This document shows, piece after piece, positions 12,941-24,875 of a stretch of DNA of 64,000 bases. This stretch comes from Octopus sinensis. Taxonomy: Eukaryota. Numbering within the stretch: position 1 is the stretch's first letter; each line of letters begins with the position of its first letter. The position numbers were made by a program, and so were the translations under genes. The DNA is taken from assembly GCF_006345805.1 (NCBI RefSeq), contig NC_043000.1:136090001-136154000 (forward strand), written 5' to 3'. The notes under the pieces were generated by a model. It saw only the letters and a program-made list of their open reading frames with translations. It had not been told where the DNA came from and searched no databases.

Positions 12941-13160
12941 GCTACTGGCAGAATCGTTAGCACGCTGGGCGAAATGCTTAGCGGTATTTCGTCTGCCATT
13001 ACGTTCTGAGTTCAAATTCCGCCGAGGTCGACTTTGTCTTTCATTCTTTCAGGGTCGATAAATTAAGTACCAGTTACACACTGGGATCAATGTAATCGAC
13101 TAAAACCCTTTGTCCTTGTTTGTCCCCTCTATGTTTAACCCCCTGTAGGTAATAAAAGAA
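12941..13160 (+). mobile_element. SINE-B
   Basis: ctggcagaatcgttagcacgctgggcgaaatgcttagcggtatttcg...gaggtcgactttgtctttcattctttcagggtcgataaattaagtacc. Confidence 0.9.
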
Positions 13161-13781
13161 AGAAAAAAAAATTTATTTCGTTCCTTTTGATCACCTGCAT
13201 TGATTGGAACTTCAATAGTGTCTATCTCACTTGTCTTGAGGAAGGGAAGTTGGGAGGCCATGTTCATAGTACTTTGCCTTAGATCAATCAACGGAAAAAA
13301 AAACAAGCTTTTTCACTAGTTTCACTCACTTCACTGGAGCCACGAAAGGGAAGGTTTTGTTGATCAAATTGACCTCAGTACTTATTTTTATATCTGGCCC
13401 TTATTCTATCGGTGTCTTTTTTCTGAACTGTTAAGTTATAGGAATGTAAACAAATCAACTGTGACTGTCAAGTGATGCATAAAAACAAAGAAGCACACAC
13501 ATACACTTATATGTAGACTTCCAGCTAGTTTCCATCTTATAAATATATTCACAAGGTAGTACTGGCATATGGATATGATAGAAGATACTTGCCCAAGATT
13601 CTGTACAGTGCAACTGAATGTAGATCCTTGTGACTCTGAAGCAAACTTTTTAACCATGCAGCTACACACACACATACACACATGCATGTGTGAAAGAGAA
13701 AGCAGTGCTCAAAAGAGAAGGCAGTGAACAAAAGAGAAAGCAGTGCTCAATACATGTAGAGAATATAGTTATAGCTTTCTT

Positions 13782-14000
13782 TTTATTAAAACTGAAGCTG
13801 GAGCTTATCTCATGACTTGAGTTTCACCCCAGTGGCATCATCAGGTGAAACTGGCATCACTTGGTATTAATGGTGTATATTTGTTAATATCTGTAAGCGG
13901 CTTGGTACTTGTTATCTTATTAGTTGTATGTCGTATCTATGGTGTGGTATTTATAGTCTCTGCACTTATAGGTGGAGGATGTTATTAATTTCTTTATGAT
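13782..14000 (-). mobile_element. Putative Penelope-like (PLE) terminal-repeat remnant
   Basis: On minus, in order: TATAAATA (13955-13948), hammerhead motif (13850-13808), AATAAA (13787-13782). This order is typical of PLE pseudo-LTRs; the PLE assignment is an inference. Confidence 0.5.
13808..13850 (-). ncRNA. Minimal type I hammerhead ribozyme motif (near-intact)
   Basis: Minus strand reads tttcac-CUGAUGA-u-gcc(actgg)ggt-GAAAC-tcaa-GUC-atgaga. The core, stem II (3 bp) and stem III with a GUC cleavage triplet are present. Stem I has 5 of 6 pairs, with the first pair a C-A mismatch. Confidence 0.7.
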
Positions 14001-14169
14001 AAGTTGGTAGACTGAAGTAAATATATTTGCTTACACACTGATTAAAATACTTACTCTTTTACTCTTTTTATTTTAAAAAAATGTCCACATGTATCTGCAT
14101 GTGTGCATGTACATGTGTGTATATGTGTATCATGTTTTGTAATTCTGTAAAGAAATGTATATGCATTAT

Positions 14170-14440
14170 GGGTCGGGCTGCATGTTGTGTTCTTGAGCAA
14201 GGCACTTTATTTCACGTTGCTCCAGTTCACTCAGCTGTAGAAATGAGTTGCGACGTCACTGGTGCCAAGCTGTATCGACCTTTGTCTTTCCCTTGGATAA
14301 CACTGGTGGTGTAGAGAGGGGAGGCTGGTATGCATGGGCGACTGCTGGCCTTCCATAAACAACCTTGCCCGGACTTGTGTCTAGGAGGGTAACTTTCTAG
14401 GTGCAATCCCATGGTCATTCATGACCGAAGGGGGTCTTTA
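14170..14440 (+). mobile_element. 5'-truncated CORE-like SINE with a different tail (also at 19540-19740)
   Basis: tgtgttcttgagcaaggcactttatttcacgttgctccagttcactcagctg (the SINE-E body) followed by tagaaatgagttg...aactttctaggtgcaatcccatggtcattc. Confidence 0.75.
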
Positions 14441-14480
14441 TTTTTATTATGGGTATATATGCATTATATATATATATATA

Positions 14481-14692
14481 TACTCTTTATTCTCTCTTTT
14501 ACTTGTTTCAGTCATTTGACTGCGGCCATACTAGAGCACCGCCTTTAGTCGACCAAATCGACCCCGGGACTTATTCTTTGTAAGCCCAGTACTTATTCTA
14601 TCAGTCTCTTTTGCCGAACCGCTAAGTGACGGGGATGTAAACACACCAGCATCGGTTGTCAAGCAATGTTAGGGGGACAAACACATACTCAT

Positions 14693-14749
<57 letters not shown>

Positions 14750-14900
14750 CAAACATATATACGACGGGCTTCTTTCAGTTTCCGTCTACCAAATCCACTC
14801 ACAGGGCATTGGTTGGCCCGGTGCTATAGCAGAAGACACTTGCCCAAGATGCCACACAGTGGGACTGAACCCAGAACCATGTGGTCACACAGCCACTCCT
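14481..14900 (-). mobile_element. SINE-A
   Basis: Same diagnostic blocks; small deletion in the head. Confidence 0.85.
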
Positions 14901-15727
14901 GGAAAGATGAATAAAGATGGCTTTTGGGGGAATAATTCATATTTTAATTATGTTTACAAGGAGTGACACTCATACACACACACATAAAAATACACAATAA
15001 AAAGAGAAAATATAAAATTCAGAAACATGTGTATATCTTTTTTTGTATTTTTATATATTTTTCATTTTCTTGTGTATATTTTTTGTGTGAAAATATTTTT
15101 GCTATTTAAGCAACCAGTAAAACATATATTTTTCAGTTTGCAAACGGCTATTGGAAGCTCAAAACTCACATCAGAGTCACTCCTTGTAAACATTATTATT
15201 AAAGCTAGAAGAAAGGCTGCCCTCTGGATGGTTTTCTGCTAGCCACTTGATATTTTCACATTTGATTCTCATTTCTAATAATTTTTATGATATTTTATGT
15301 CTAATTATTTCATTGTATAATAGTGCTTACTTGCTTAGTAAATATTGCTTTCATTATTTTATCACAGACATAATCTCTCTTGTATCCCTTAATTTGCCAT
15401 TTCTATATACAGATACCAAAAAGAAAACATCTAGAGACAAGTTGTGACACACCGATTGTTTCACCTAAATCAGTTGTATGGTATCCTATCTGTGAGGGAT
15501 CAATGCTAGATGGTTTGAAATGATCGTAGTGATCAATAAAGATTCTCGTATCTTCCACCTTATGTCTCTCTCATTCATTACAAACCCAACAAACACTAAG
15601 CCAGTGAACGTGCCTTACAGGTAAACTACCAGGTGTATGCCATGTGATTTATTAAGTATTAACTTTATATGTGTATGTGTGTGCATGTGATTGATGTGCA
15701 TTTTTGTATGTAACCATCAATGAGTTT

Positions 15728-15956
15728 GGAGGCACAATGGCCCAGTGGTTAGGGCAGTGGACTCGCGGTTTCAATTCCCAGACCGAGTATTGTGTGTGTT
15801 TATTGAGCAAAAACATCTAAAGCTCCAAGAGGCTCCAGCAGGGGGTGGTGGCGACCCCTATTGTACTCTTTTGCCCCAAATTTCTCTCACTCTTTCTTCC
15901 TGTTTCTTGAGTAATGATGCGATGGACTGGCATCACGTCCAGCTGAGGGGGGAACT
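15728..15956 (+). mobile_element. SINE-C (tail type 2), truncated
   Basis: ggaggcacaatggcccagtggttagggcagtggactcgcgg head; tail gcgatggactggcatcacgtccagctg. Confidence 0.8.
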
Positions 15957-16451
15957 CATATGTGTGTAATATGTATATATGCACGTACATCTATGTGTAT
16001 GTATGTGCCTGTGATGTGTGTGCATGCATGCACAATTGTATATATTTATGTATAAATACAAGCACAATATATTAGAACCTGTGGGTGTTTCTGTGTATAG
16101 ACATGTATTTATGAACAGCCTTGTACACATGTGCACCTGATACCCAAGTGTGAGCAAGTGTGCATATGTGTGTGCAAGTCTGTATGTGTGTTGGGTGTAT
16201 TTGTGTGCATGTGTATTATGAATACTATAAGCATTTAACACCCCACCTTAAATAAAGCCCCATGCTAAGCACATATCATTCAGCTATTTAGTCATGCAAA
16301 TATATCTAGAATGGAACAAACATGTGCCCAGAGCCCCAAGATTGCTTGGAGATACAAGGCAGTTATACCTTTCTACCTTTAAATTTCTCTGCTTCATGAT
16401 CTGAAATGTTGGATTTTTCTTCTACCCTGATGAGAGGCTCAATTTATCCAA

Positions 16452-16861
16452 TACTCTTTACTCTTTTACTCTTTTACTTGTTTCAGTCATTTGACTGTGG
16501 CCATGCTAGACCACCACCTTTTCAGTCGAGCAAATCGACCTCAGGACTTATTCTTTGGAAGCCTAGTACTTATTCTATCGGTCTCTTTTGCCGAACCGCT
16601 AAGTTATGGGGATGTAAACACACTACCATCGGTTGTCGAGCAATGTTGGGGGAACAAACACAGACACACAAACATATACACATATATATACATATATACG
16701 ACGGGCTTCTTTCAGTTTCCATCTACCAAAACCACTCACAAGGCTTTGGTCAGCCCGAGGCTATAGTAGAAGACACTCGCCCAAGGTGTCACACAGTGGG
16801 ACTGAACGCGGAACCATGTGATTCATAAGCAAGCTACTTACCACACAGCCACTCCTACGCC
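16452..16861 (-). mobile_element. SINE-A
   Basis: Same diagnostic blocks. Confidence 0.85.
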
Positions 16862-17273
16862 TATGTATGTTTCCTTCCATTACTACCTGCAAATTATGGT
16901 GAACTACATCTACTAACTTTATGACGGATCTCTGAGACCTCAGAAGTAGATATTGGACCTATAACACCTTATTACTTTCGTTTTAATTTTCTCTACAGCA
17001 TATATGACCAAGTTACCAGCTTGACATAAACAAATTAATAACATCTTCAATCTACAATAGCATGGGAAGATAAACACCACACTGTAGATGCAGCATTCAA
17101 CCAATGACATAACACAAATAGGAGACCACAAATGTATATCAATGGAATATATTTACATCACTAATTTCGAGTCCTGTTAGTTTTGCCTGATGATTGCACT
17201 GGTGTGAATCTAGAGCTGTGAAGCAAATTCTCAGCTTCAGTTTTAATGAGAAGTTATACATACACAAATACAC

Positions 17274-17304
<31 letters not shown>

Positions 17305-18175
17305 AACAATTGTGTATACAAACACACACATATACACACATAATATACATAAAGTGGGAGAGAAAGAGAGACAGAGTGAGAGAGTGAACAGTTTGATACT
17401 AACACCATTATTTCACTTTGGTGATTTACAACAAGTAATTATAATTATAATTAAGTAAGCAAATAATTATTTTATACACAAGCACAAAGCATCAGTTTAG
17501 TTCCTGCTCATAACCATTTCATTTCTCTTGCACTGTTAATGTCCATGACCTCACTTAAACATCAGATCACCGTACAATTCCATTTCCCCACCTTTACAAA
17601 TTAAATTTCTGCTATCTCTGCACAAATAATTATTTGCTTATGAAATCATAGTCACTTGTTTAAATTATCTAGAATAGATTGTTTTAGTTGTAATGAGAAA
17701 TTAACACACTGTATTATTTGCATGTATGAACTAATACACAGATTGAGAAACATATGCTGTAATATTGTATTTAAACATCTCTGAACTGCCTTCTTTGGGG
17801 TTAGAATTTCCTTCTTTGGTTGGGTACAAGCCTTGCCTTTCACCGTGACCTGGTGGTTACTGCCTGTTGATAAGAGACAATAATCTCGAAACCGCGGTCC
17901 GGTGCATATCACTAAGGCTTACGAAGAAGGGATGGCTTCCTTTTGCAAATACCTGAAGGGCACAGAAAGTGTGTCTAAAGCCAGCTGGAGACGTCGATCT
18001 CCTGGGGCTAAAAAGCTACAGTAACACCCCCACTTTGTGGTTAGCCATATTGAGATGGCTTTTATACTTTACGTTAAGATATAACTTTGTTTTTAAGAAG
18101 TTTGTTTCTTGGACTTGTGAATAGAATTTGATAGCCAAAAACTGAGCAGTGAGTTTGTCCCTCCACACATTAATA

Positions 18176-18470
18176 TGTGGAGGCACATGGTGTAGTGGTT
18201 AGAGCAGTGGATTCATGGTCGAGGGATTGCGGGTTTGAATCTCAGACCAGGCGATGTATGTGTTTATGAGCAAAACACCTAAGCTTCACACGGCTCTGGC
18301 AGAAAGTAATGACGAACTTCTGCTGACTCTTTCGCCACAACTTTCTCTCACTCTTTCATCCTGCATCTTGCAGTTCACCTGTGACGGACTGGTGTCCCGT
18401 CCAGGTGGGGAACCTATATGCCAATGAAACCGGCCCTATGAGCCAGGTATGGCTCAAGAAGAAACAACAA
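18176..18470 (+). mobile_element. SINE-C (tail type 3) with 11-bp TSD
   Basis: acacattaata at 18165-18175 and 18471-18481; tRNA-like head gtggaggcacatggtgtagtggttagagcagtgg...ggtttgaatctc. Confidence 0.85.
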
Positions 18471-18831
18471 ACACATTAATACACATATGTGCACATGTAT
18501 GTATATGTAAATGTGTGCGTGTGTGTGTGCGGGTATATATAAAGTTAAAAAACATATAATATATACACAATCAAACAGAAAACAGACACTGAAGGTTACC
18601 TAATCCTCATCAGTTATCAACCTGAGGGTCAAATGCAATTTTGCATCTTCAGTTAGTTTACTGTTCCACTAAGGTAAGATCAACAATAAAATAATTTCTA
18701 CAGTGAAAAATATATATCATTTACTATAGGCAGTATAAACATATGAGCAATTAATAGTTTCTTGCTTTAGAGACAAAGATCTATGCAGGTTTTTATAACT
18801 GTTCTGTATTTTAGAGATGAGGAATTCTGTA

Positions 18832-18980
18832 CATTATTTACATTATTTACATTAGTTTAGTTCCATTGGATGGATATGTGTCCTCATCTTGTTTGTTGTT
18901 ACCACAATATTTCGGCTGATTTGCTCTCCAGCCTTTGTCAGGTGTCCTGGTAGAATTTTGAACCCAACTCTGGATTCTGA
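18832..18980 (-). mobile_element. Inverted copy of the SINE-F 3' region with a hammerhead relic (18947-18901)
   Basis: Minus reads gttgggttcaaaattctacca-ggacac-CUGACAA-a-ggctg(gagagcaaat)cagcc-GAAATATT-gtggtaacaacaaacaagatgag; reverse-complement match to 19107-19250. Confidence 0.75.
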
Positions 18981-18990
18981 TTCTTACACC

Positions 18991-19250
18991 CATGTAGTGG
19001 TTAAGAGTGTGGGGCTACTAACCCCAAGACTCCGAGTTCAATTCCAGACAATGACTTGCATAAATAATAATAATAATAATGATAACATCAGCAAAAAATA
19101 CCTTAGGAATGAGAATTTAAGGTTGGGTTCAAAATTCCACTAGGACATCTGATGAAGGCTGGGGAGTAAATAAGCCAAAACGTTGAGGTAACAACAAACA
19201 AGATGAGTTCATATATCCATCCAATATAAATAATGTAAATAAGGTTCTTA
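18991..19250 (+). mobile_element. SINE-F: tRNA-like head, (AAT)n, and a tail containing a hammerhead relic (19143-19189)
   Basis: A box tagtggttaag, B box gagttcaattcc (19034-19045), (aat)n, then ggacat-CUGAUGA-a-ggct(ggggagtaaata)agcc-AAAACGTT-gaggt, ending in (taatgtaaa)-type repeats. Confidence 0.75.
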
Positions 19251-19984
19251 TAACATGTGTTGAGTCTTCGGGCTCTGAGCGCATTGGCTATTCGATTTGC
19301 AAATCAAGACACTTGTACAAGAGAAATCATGAGAAAAGGCAAGAAAAAAGGTAGATGCAAAAAGTGTAAGTGTGAATAAAAACAAAAAAAAAAAGAGAAA
19401 GAAAATCAGAGCTATGTTTCCTTTGACTGTAAAACTGTAAAAAATAGTGAGTACTAGGGTTGATTTGTTCAATAAAACCCCTCAAGGTAGTGCCTTAGAA
19501 TGGCCAAGTGATATTATTCATAGTATCATTTTTTTTTTGCAGCTGTAGAAATGAGTTGTGACATCACTGGTGCCAAGCTTTTACGTTCTCTTTGGACAAT
19601 GTCAGTGACATGGAAAGAGTAGGCTGGTGTTTATGGGCGACTGCTGGTCATCCATAAACAATCTTGTCTGGAGTTGTGCCTTGGAGGGTAACTTTCTAGG
19701 TGCAATCCCATGGTCATTCATCCCCAAAGGGGGTCCTTAAAGGATGTACTTAAGTTGATTTAAATGATGGGATCATCCTCACAATTGAATGGCCTTGTTG
19801 TAAGGGATCATCATTTAAGAGTAAGTACTGAAGCATCTGTCCTTTTCCACTTTGGTGACACTTGAACTTCTGTAGTTGATGTGTGTAGTAACAACACAAT
19901 CAGGGGCGATTTAGTGCCGGATGCTTACATCAGTCTCTGAAATATTAGAAATAGCAGCCAAATATCCTTTAACTCATACTCGGT

Positions 19985-20352
19985 CATCATCATCATCATC
20001 ATCATCATTTAATGTCCACTTTCCATGCTAACATGGGTTGGACGATTTTGACTGAGGGTTGGCGAACCAGATGGCTGCACCAGGCTCCAATCTTGATCTG
20101 GCAGAGTTTCTACAGCTGGATGCCCTTCCTAATGCCAACCCCTCCGAGAGTGTAGTGGGTGCTTTTTATGTGTCAGGCAGTACTAGCAATGACCTCGCTC
20201 GAATCTTTTTGCACATGCCACCGGCACAGGTGCCAGTAAGGCAACGTTGGTAACGATCACGCTCGAATGGTGCCCTTTTATCTGCCACTGGCACAGAGCC
20301 AGTTGGTTGCTCTGGCAATGATCACGCTCAGATGGTGCTCTTGGCACCCTAG
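19985..20352 (-). mobile_element. SINE-D
   Basis: (cat)n, then ttaatgtccactttccatgctaacatggg... on plus. Confidence 0.85.
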
Positions 20353-20903
20353 AACATATTGGATGTTGCTGTGTGAGATGAATCATGTCTGAAAAGATGT
20401 CAAAATGTCAGACAGATGATCAAACACATTGGATGTCTTTGATTACCAGTGTGGTTGATCAGCACTGATTTGTGCCTAAGCAACATAATCTGAGAGAGCG
20501 TTCCAGTTAGTTGTAGAGTATGGAGAAGAATAATTAGAGAGAGTTTTGTGCAATGTCTGGGGCAGTGAGACACAGTACGGACAACAAAAAGCAGAGAAGA
20601 GAATGCTTCCTGATATTATATAGAAGACTTTCATCTTCATATAGTGTTGTGGGGAAAAATTAGCTGAGCAGTTTCTTGTTTCTCCAAACTATTAACTACA
20701 AATTTATAAACAAGAAGACTGTGAAATATTATGCCATTGATGATTTTCTCATGAACATTAGTGATGTGAGTAAAGTAAAATAGAGATAACTAAGAAATGA
20801 ATTCAGTTATGAATATGGCTTGTAATGAGCACATACATACACACACACATATATATATATATATCACACATATATATATATATATACACACCCAGGTGCT
20901 CAC

Positions 20904-20982
20904 CTAGCAACATACATAATATTGAGTTCTTTCACAAGTGTTATTTGCCCAGCTAGAAGTTGTGGTGTGATTATCAGAAAAA
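20904..20982 (-). CDS. Candidate 79-nt exon of an unidentified minus-strand gene
   Basis: Acceptor ttctttctttggttgtag| and donor CTAG|gtgagc. The phase-1 frame reads (V)FLIITPQLLAGQITLVKELNIMYVA; an alternative frame reads FSDNHTTTSSWANNTCERTQYYVCC*. Confidence 0.35.
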
Positions 20983-21419
20983 CTACAACCAAAGAAAGAA
21001 TTAACCATAAACTATATAGAGCAAGAGACAGAGTGGAGCGGGGAGTGGGGTGATGAGTGTGGAGATTGTGACGATGGAACATCATAGAAATTTTTAACAA
21101 CTTTTATTAAGACACCCCAATCAAATGTAATCTTAGATCAATTAATTAATCATGATTTATTTGGTCTTTCTAATATAAACACTAAATAATTGGTTGAAGA
21201 AATCAATAAAAAGCCAGTTGATTTCATGAACTTTGGGTGTTTATGATTAAAGAGAAAGTCAAACTACCTTGCAATATCTCACATCACCAAGATTATTACA
21301 CAATTATTTTCTGTCCATAAGAAGCCTGCAAGTCATTGCATTAGATTATAACAATTAAACTTCAAATGGGTTTCAGAGAAATGATATCCTACATTGACAC
21401 TAATGTTAAAGAATGGCTT

Positions 21420-21578
21420 CTTTATTCAATAATGCTAATATAAATAATAATAATAGTAGTAAATAATGGTGATGATAACGATGATGATGATAATGATGAT
21501 GATGATAAGTTGTACAGTTGTACTATTAGTAGTTGTAGTAGTAATAATTGTAGAAGTGGTAGTAGATGAAGAAAGCGT

Positions 21579-21615
<37 letters not shown>

Positions 21616-21702
21616 TACTGCTGCTGCTGCTGCTGCTTTGCTATTGCTGCTGCTGATGCTACTGTTGCTGCTGCTTCTGTGTTGCTACAGGTGCTACTAC
21701 TA

Positions 21703-21743
<41 letters not shown>

Positions 21744-21775
21744 AATACTACTACTACTACTACTGCATGTCTGCT
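21420..21775. repeat. Compound trinucleotide microsatellite (AAT/GAT/GTA/CTA/CTG)
   Basis: Direct reading. Confidence 0.95.
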
Positions 21776-21909
21776 AATTTGCTTTTACCAACCTCTGTGA
21801 GATGAAAGGCAAAGTTGACCTTCATGGAATTTGAATTGTATAAACAGTCCAAAGAATTATTGCCGGCATTTTGTCTATAAAGCTCTAATGACTATGCCAA
21901 TCCATGGCC

Positions 21910-21946
<37 letters not shown>

Positions 21947-21954
21947 TAATAATA

Positions 21955-22328
21955 ATAAAAACAAACTACGTTGGATCATAGATATAGCATGCCCAACTGA
22001 CAATGAGGTATGCGATATGGAAGAAAGTAAAGTCGAGGGATATGACAGGTTAGATTGGGAAGTTAAGTAGTTGTGGTCGATGAAGAAAGTAGCAGTAGTA
22101 CCAATAATTGTCGGAGCCCTGGGACCAGTGAGCAAAAATCTCGAGAAGTACATGGAACAAATAGGGCCTGCAATAAGTGTGGAGCACTTGCAGAAAACAG
22201 CACTGCTTGGAACCACTTGAATACTCCAGAAGGTGCTCAAAAACTAAGGAGTGTTACCTTAGTTCACTGGTAGTGAAGAGCTGACACCGTAGTACATCTC
22301 CAGTGTTAGAAGCTGTGCAAAGGCAACA

Positions 22329-22370
<42 letters not shown>
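21955..22370 (+). mobile_element. R4/Dong-clade LINE 3' fragment (restriction-like endonuclease) embedded in (TAA)n
   Basis: WIIDIACPTDNEVCDMEESKVEGYDRL..*LWSMKKVAVVPIIVGALGPVSKNLEKYMEQIG...LQKTALLGT; (aat)n on both sides. Confidence 0.8.
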
Positions 22371-22579
22371 CCTTTCTATTATAGGCACAAAGCCTGAAAT
22401 TTGGGGGGAGGGGGGTCAGTCGATTAGATCAACCCCAGTACGCAACTGGTAGTTAACTTTTCGAACCCCGAAAGGATAAAAGGCGGAGTTGGCCTTGGTG
22501 GAATTTGAACTCAGAATGTACAAAGGAACTAAATGCTGCTAACCATTTTGCCCGTCATGCTAACCATTCTGCCAGCTCA
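22371..22579 (-). mobile_element. SINE-B, diverged
   Basis: Reverse complement of gagctggcagaatggttagcatg...gagttcaaattccaccaaggccaactccgccttttatcctttcgggg. Confidence 0.8.
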
Positions 22580-22770
22580 ATACCTTAATAATAATAATAA
22601 CCAACTGAACTAACCGGCCATAATAATGCTCTGATGCAGTACCAGGTAGTGGCTCTCATTGCTTCTGATCTTAACTGATTGGAAGTGTTATCATGTACAT
22701 TGGTAAACACACCAGCATCGGTCGCCGACCGATGTTGGGGGGACAAACACAGACACACAAACATACACAC

Positions 22771-22801
<31 letters not shown>

Positions 22802-23204
22802 ATATATATATATATATAAATATATATACACATATATATATATATATATATAAACAAGTCAAATTGCGATAAAATAAAATTAATTATTATCGCTGGTGAA
22901 ACTAGCTCAGGCCATATATTATTCATATATCAGTACATTAAGGCGAAATATGTGCTAGAAACACAGAAGCTAGATAAATTTAGTGAAATGAAAATAAAAA
23001 ACATTTACTAACTCGGTTCCTCTTAGACTGCAGTTTCAGCAATAAAGATAATTTATTTGCTCAGGGAGAATTCATCGGTAAGAGCCCTGTTGTTCTGAGA
23101 TCCTAACTCACTAGAAGCATGTGCTTCTAGTGATTTGCTCTCTCTAACTAATCAGATCACTGCGCAGACTATATATGTATATATGTATATATATATATAT
23201 ACAT

Positions 23205-23372
23205 ATATACAACGAGCTTCTTTCAGTTTCCATCTACCAAATCCAATCACAAGGCTTTAGTCGGCCCAAGGCTATAATAGAAGACACTTGCCCAAGGTGC
23301 CATGCAATGGGACTGAACCCAGAACCATGTGGTTGATGAGCAGGCTACTTACCACACAGCCACTCCTGCGCC
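23205..23372 (-). mobile_element. SINE-A 5' half, next to a (TA)n run at 23373-23554
   Basis: Head and CORE-like part only; the element breaks at its internal microsatellite. Confidence 0.8.
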
Positions 23373-23381
23373 TATATATAT

Positions 23382-23449
<68 letters not shown>

Positions 23450-23463
23450 ATATATAATATATA

Positions 23464-23534
<71 letters not shown>

Positions 23535-23554
23535 CTATATATATATATATATAT

Positions 23555-23903
23555 GGCCGATGCCAGTGCCGCCTCGACTGGCTTCTGTGCCGGTGGCACG
23601 TAAAAAGCACCATCCGGACGTGGCTGATGCCAGCACCGCCTTGACTGGCTTCCGTGCCGGTGGCACATTAAAAGCACCAACCGATCGTGGCTGCTGCCAG
23701 ACTCCCCTCGCACCTGTGCCGGTGGCATGTAAAAAGCACCCACTACACTCACGGAGTGGTTGGTGTTAGGAAGGGCAACCAGCTGTAGAAACACTGCCAG
23801 ATCAGACTGGAGCCTGGTGCAGCCCCTGGCTTCCTAGACCCCGGTCGAACCGTCCAACCCATGCTAGCACGGAAAACGGACGTTAAACGATGATGATGAT
23901 GAT
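23555..23903 (+). mobile_element. SINE-D
   Basis: Three gtgccggtggca monomers, ggagtggttggtgttaggaagggca, (gat)n tail. Confidence 0.85.
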
Positions 23904-24145
23904 ACACACACACACACACACACACACAACCACACAAAATATCCGAAATTATGATTTGCATTTTTTTTTCCTAATGTGTTCCAGCAGATCCAAATGCAAA
24001 ACATGCTACTCTCTGTTGTGTATGTCACTGGAGAACGACTTCCCCCTTATTTGGTGGCTGTGTTTTCATAGCACACATTGGCTTATTTGTGCAACGGATT
24101 AGGGAACATTGGTGTTTCAATATTTATTTCATCAGCCAGCAATAC

Positions 24146-24309
24146 CTGAATCTTTAAGGTCAAACAAGCCGCTGGCTTTGTTTGTAATTTTAGCAAACAT
24201 ATTCGTTTGCTGATCATTGCTTATATTTGTTAACCAATAAAAACAAAAATCATTATTTCCACTGTTTACAGCAAGCTCTGAAAAGATGGTTTGCAATGGT
24301 TTATCATTT
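24146..24309 (-). CDS. Candidate 164-nt exon of an unidentified minus-strand gene
   Basis: Acceptor gatttttctctcacccag| and donor TCAG|gtattg. One open frame of 54 full codons: NDKPLQTIFSELAVNSGNNDFCFYWLTNISNDQQTNMFAKITNKASGLFDLKDS. Non-repetitive, protein-like composition. Confidence 0.45.
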
Positions 24310-24409
24310 CTGGGTGAGAGAAAAATCAATCCCATTGAAATTTGAACTTGAATTTAGCAGGACAATGTTAAAGGCTACAAATGAATTATTTTTGACTTCC
24401 AGCCACCAT

Positions 24410-24875
24410 CTTAGTACCACAGCTGCTACTGCCACCACTGCTGTTGCCGCTTCCACCGCTGCTGCTTCTGCCACTGCTTCCTCCGCTGCTTCCACTCCTG
24501 CTTCTGCCGCTGCTTCCGCCGCTGCTTCCGCCGCTGCTTCCACCCCTGCTTCCGCCGCTGCTTCCACCGCTGCTTCTGCCGCTGCTTCCGCCGCTGCTTC
24601 CACCACTGCTTCGCTGCTGCTTCCACCGCTGCTTCCGCTGCTGCCTCTCCTGCTGCTTCCACTGCTGCTTCCGCCGCTGCTTCCGCCACTGCTTCCCTGC
24701 TTCGATCACTGCTGCTGCTGTCACTGCTGTCGCCACTGCTGCTGCTGCCGCTGCTACTGCTTCTTCTGCTGCTGCTTCTGCCACTGCTGCTGCGGCTGCT
24801 TGTTGCCACCACTGCTGCCACCGCTGCTGCCGTTGCTGCTGCTGCCGTTGCTGCTGCCACCGTTGCTGTCACAAT
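24410..24875. repeat. GC-rich degenerate (GCT)n / 12-bp (GCTGCTTCCGCC) minisatellite
   Basis: Direct reading; open in several frames on both strands. Confidence 0.9.

Noticed and set aside
16420-16445. Other isolated ctgatga matches (16426 plus, ~18615 minus, ~24130 minus)
   Set aside because: No stem II followed by GAAA.
17800-18025. CpG-rich segment with short open frames on both strands
   Set aside because: No consistent splice sites; looks like an unclassified repeat fragment.
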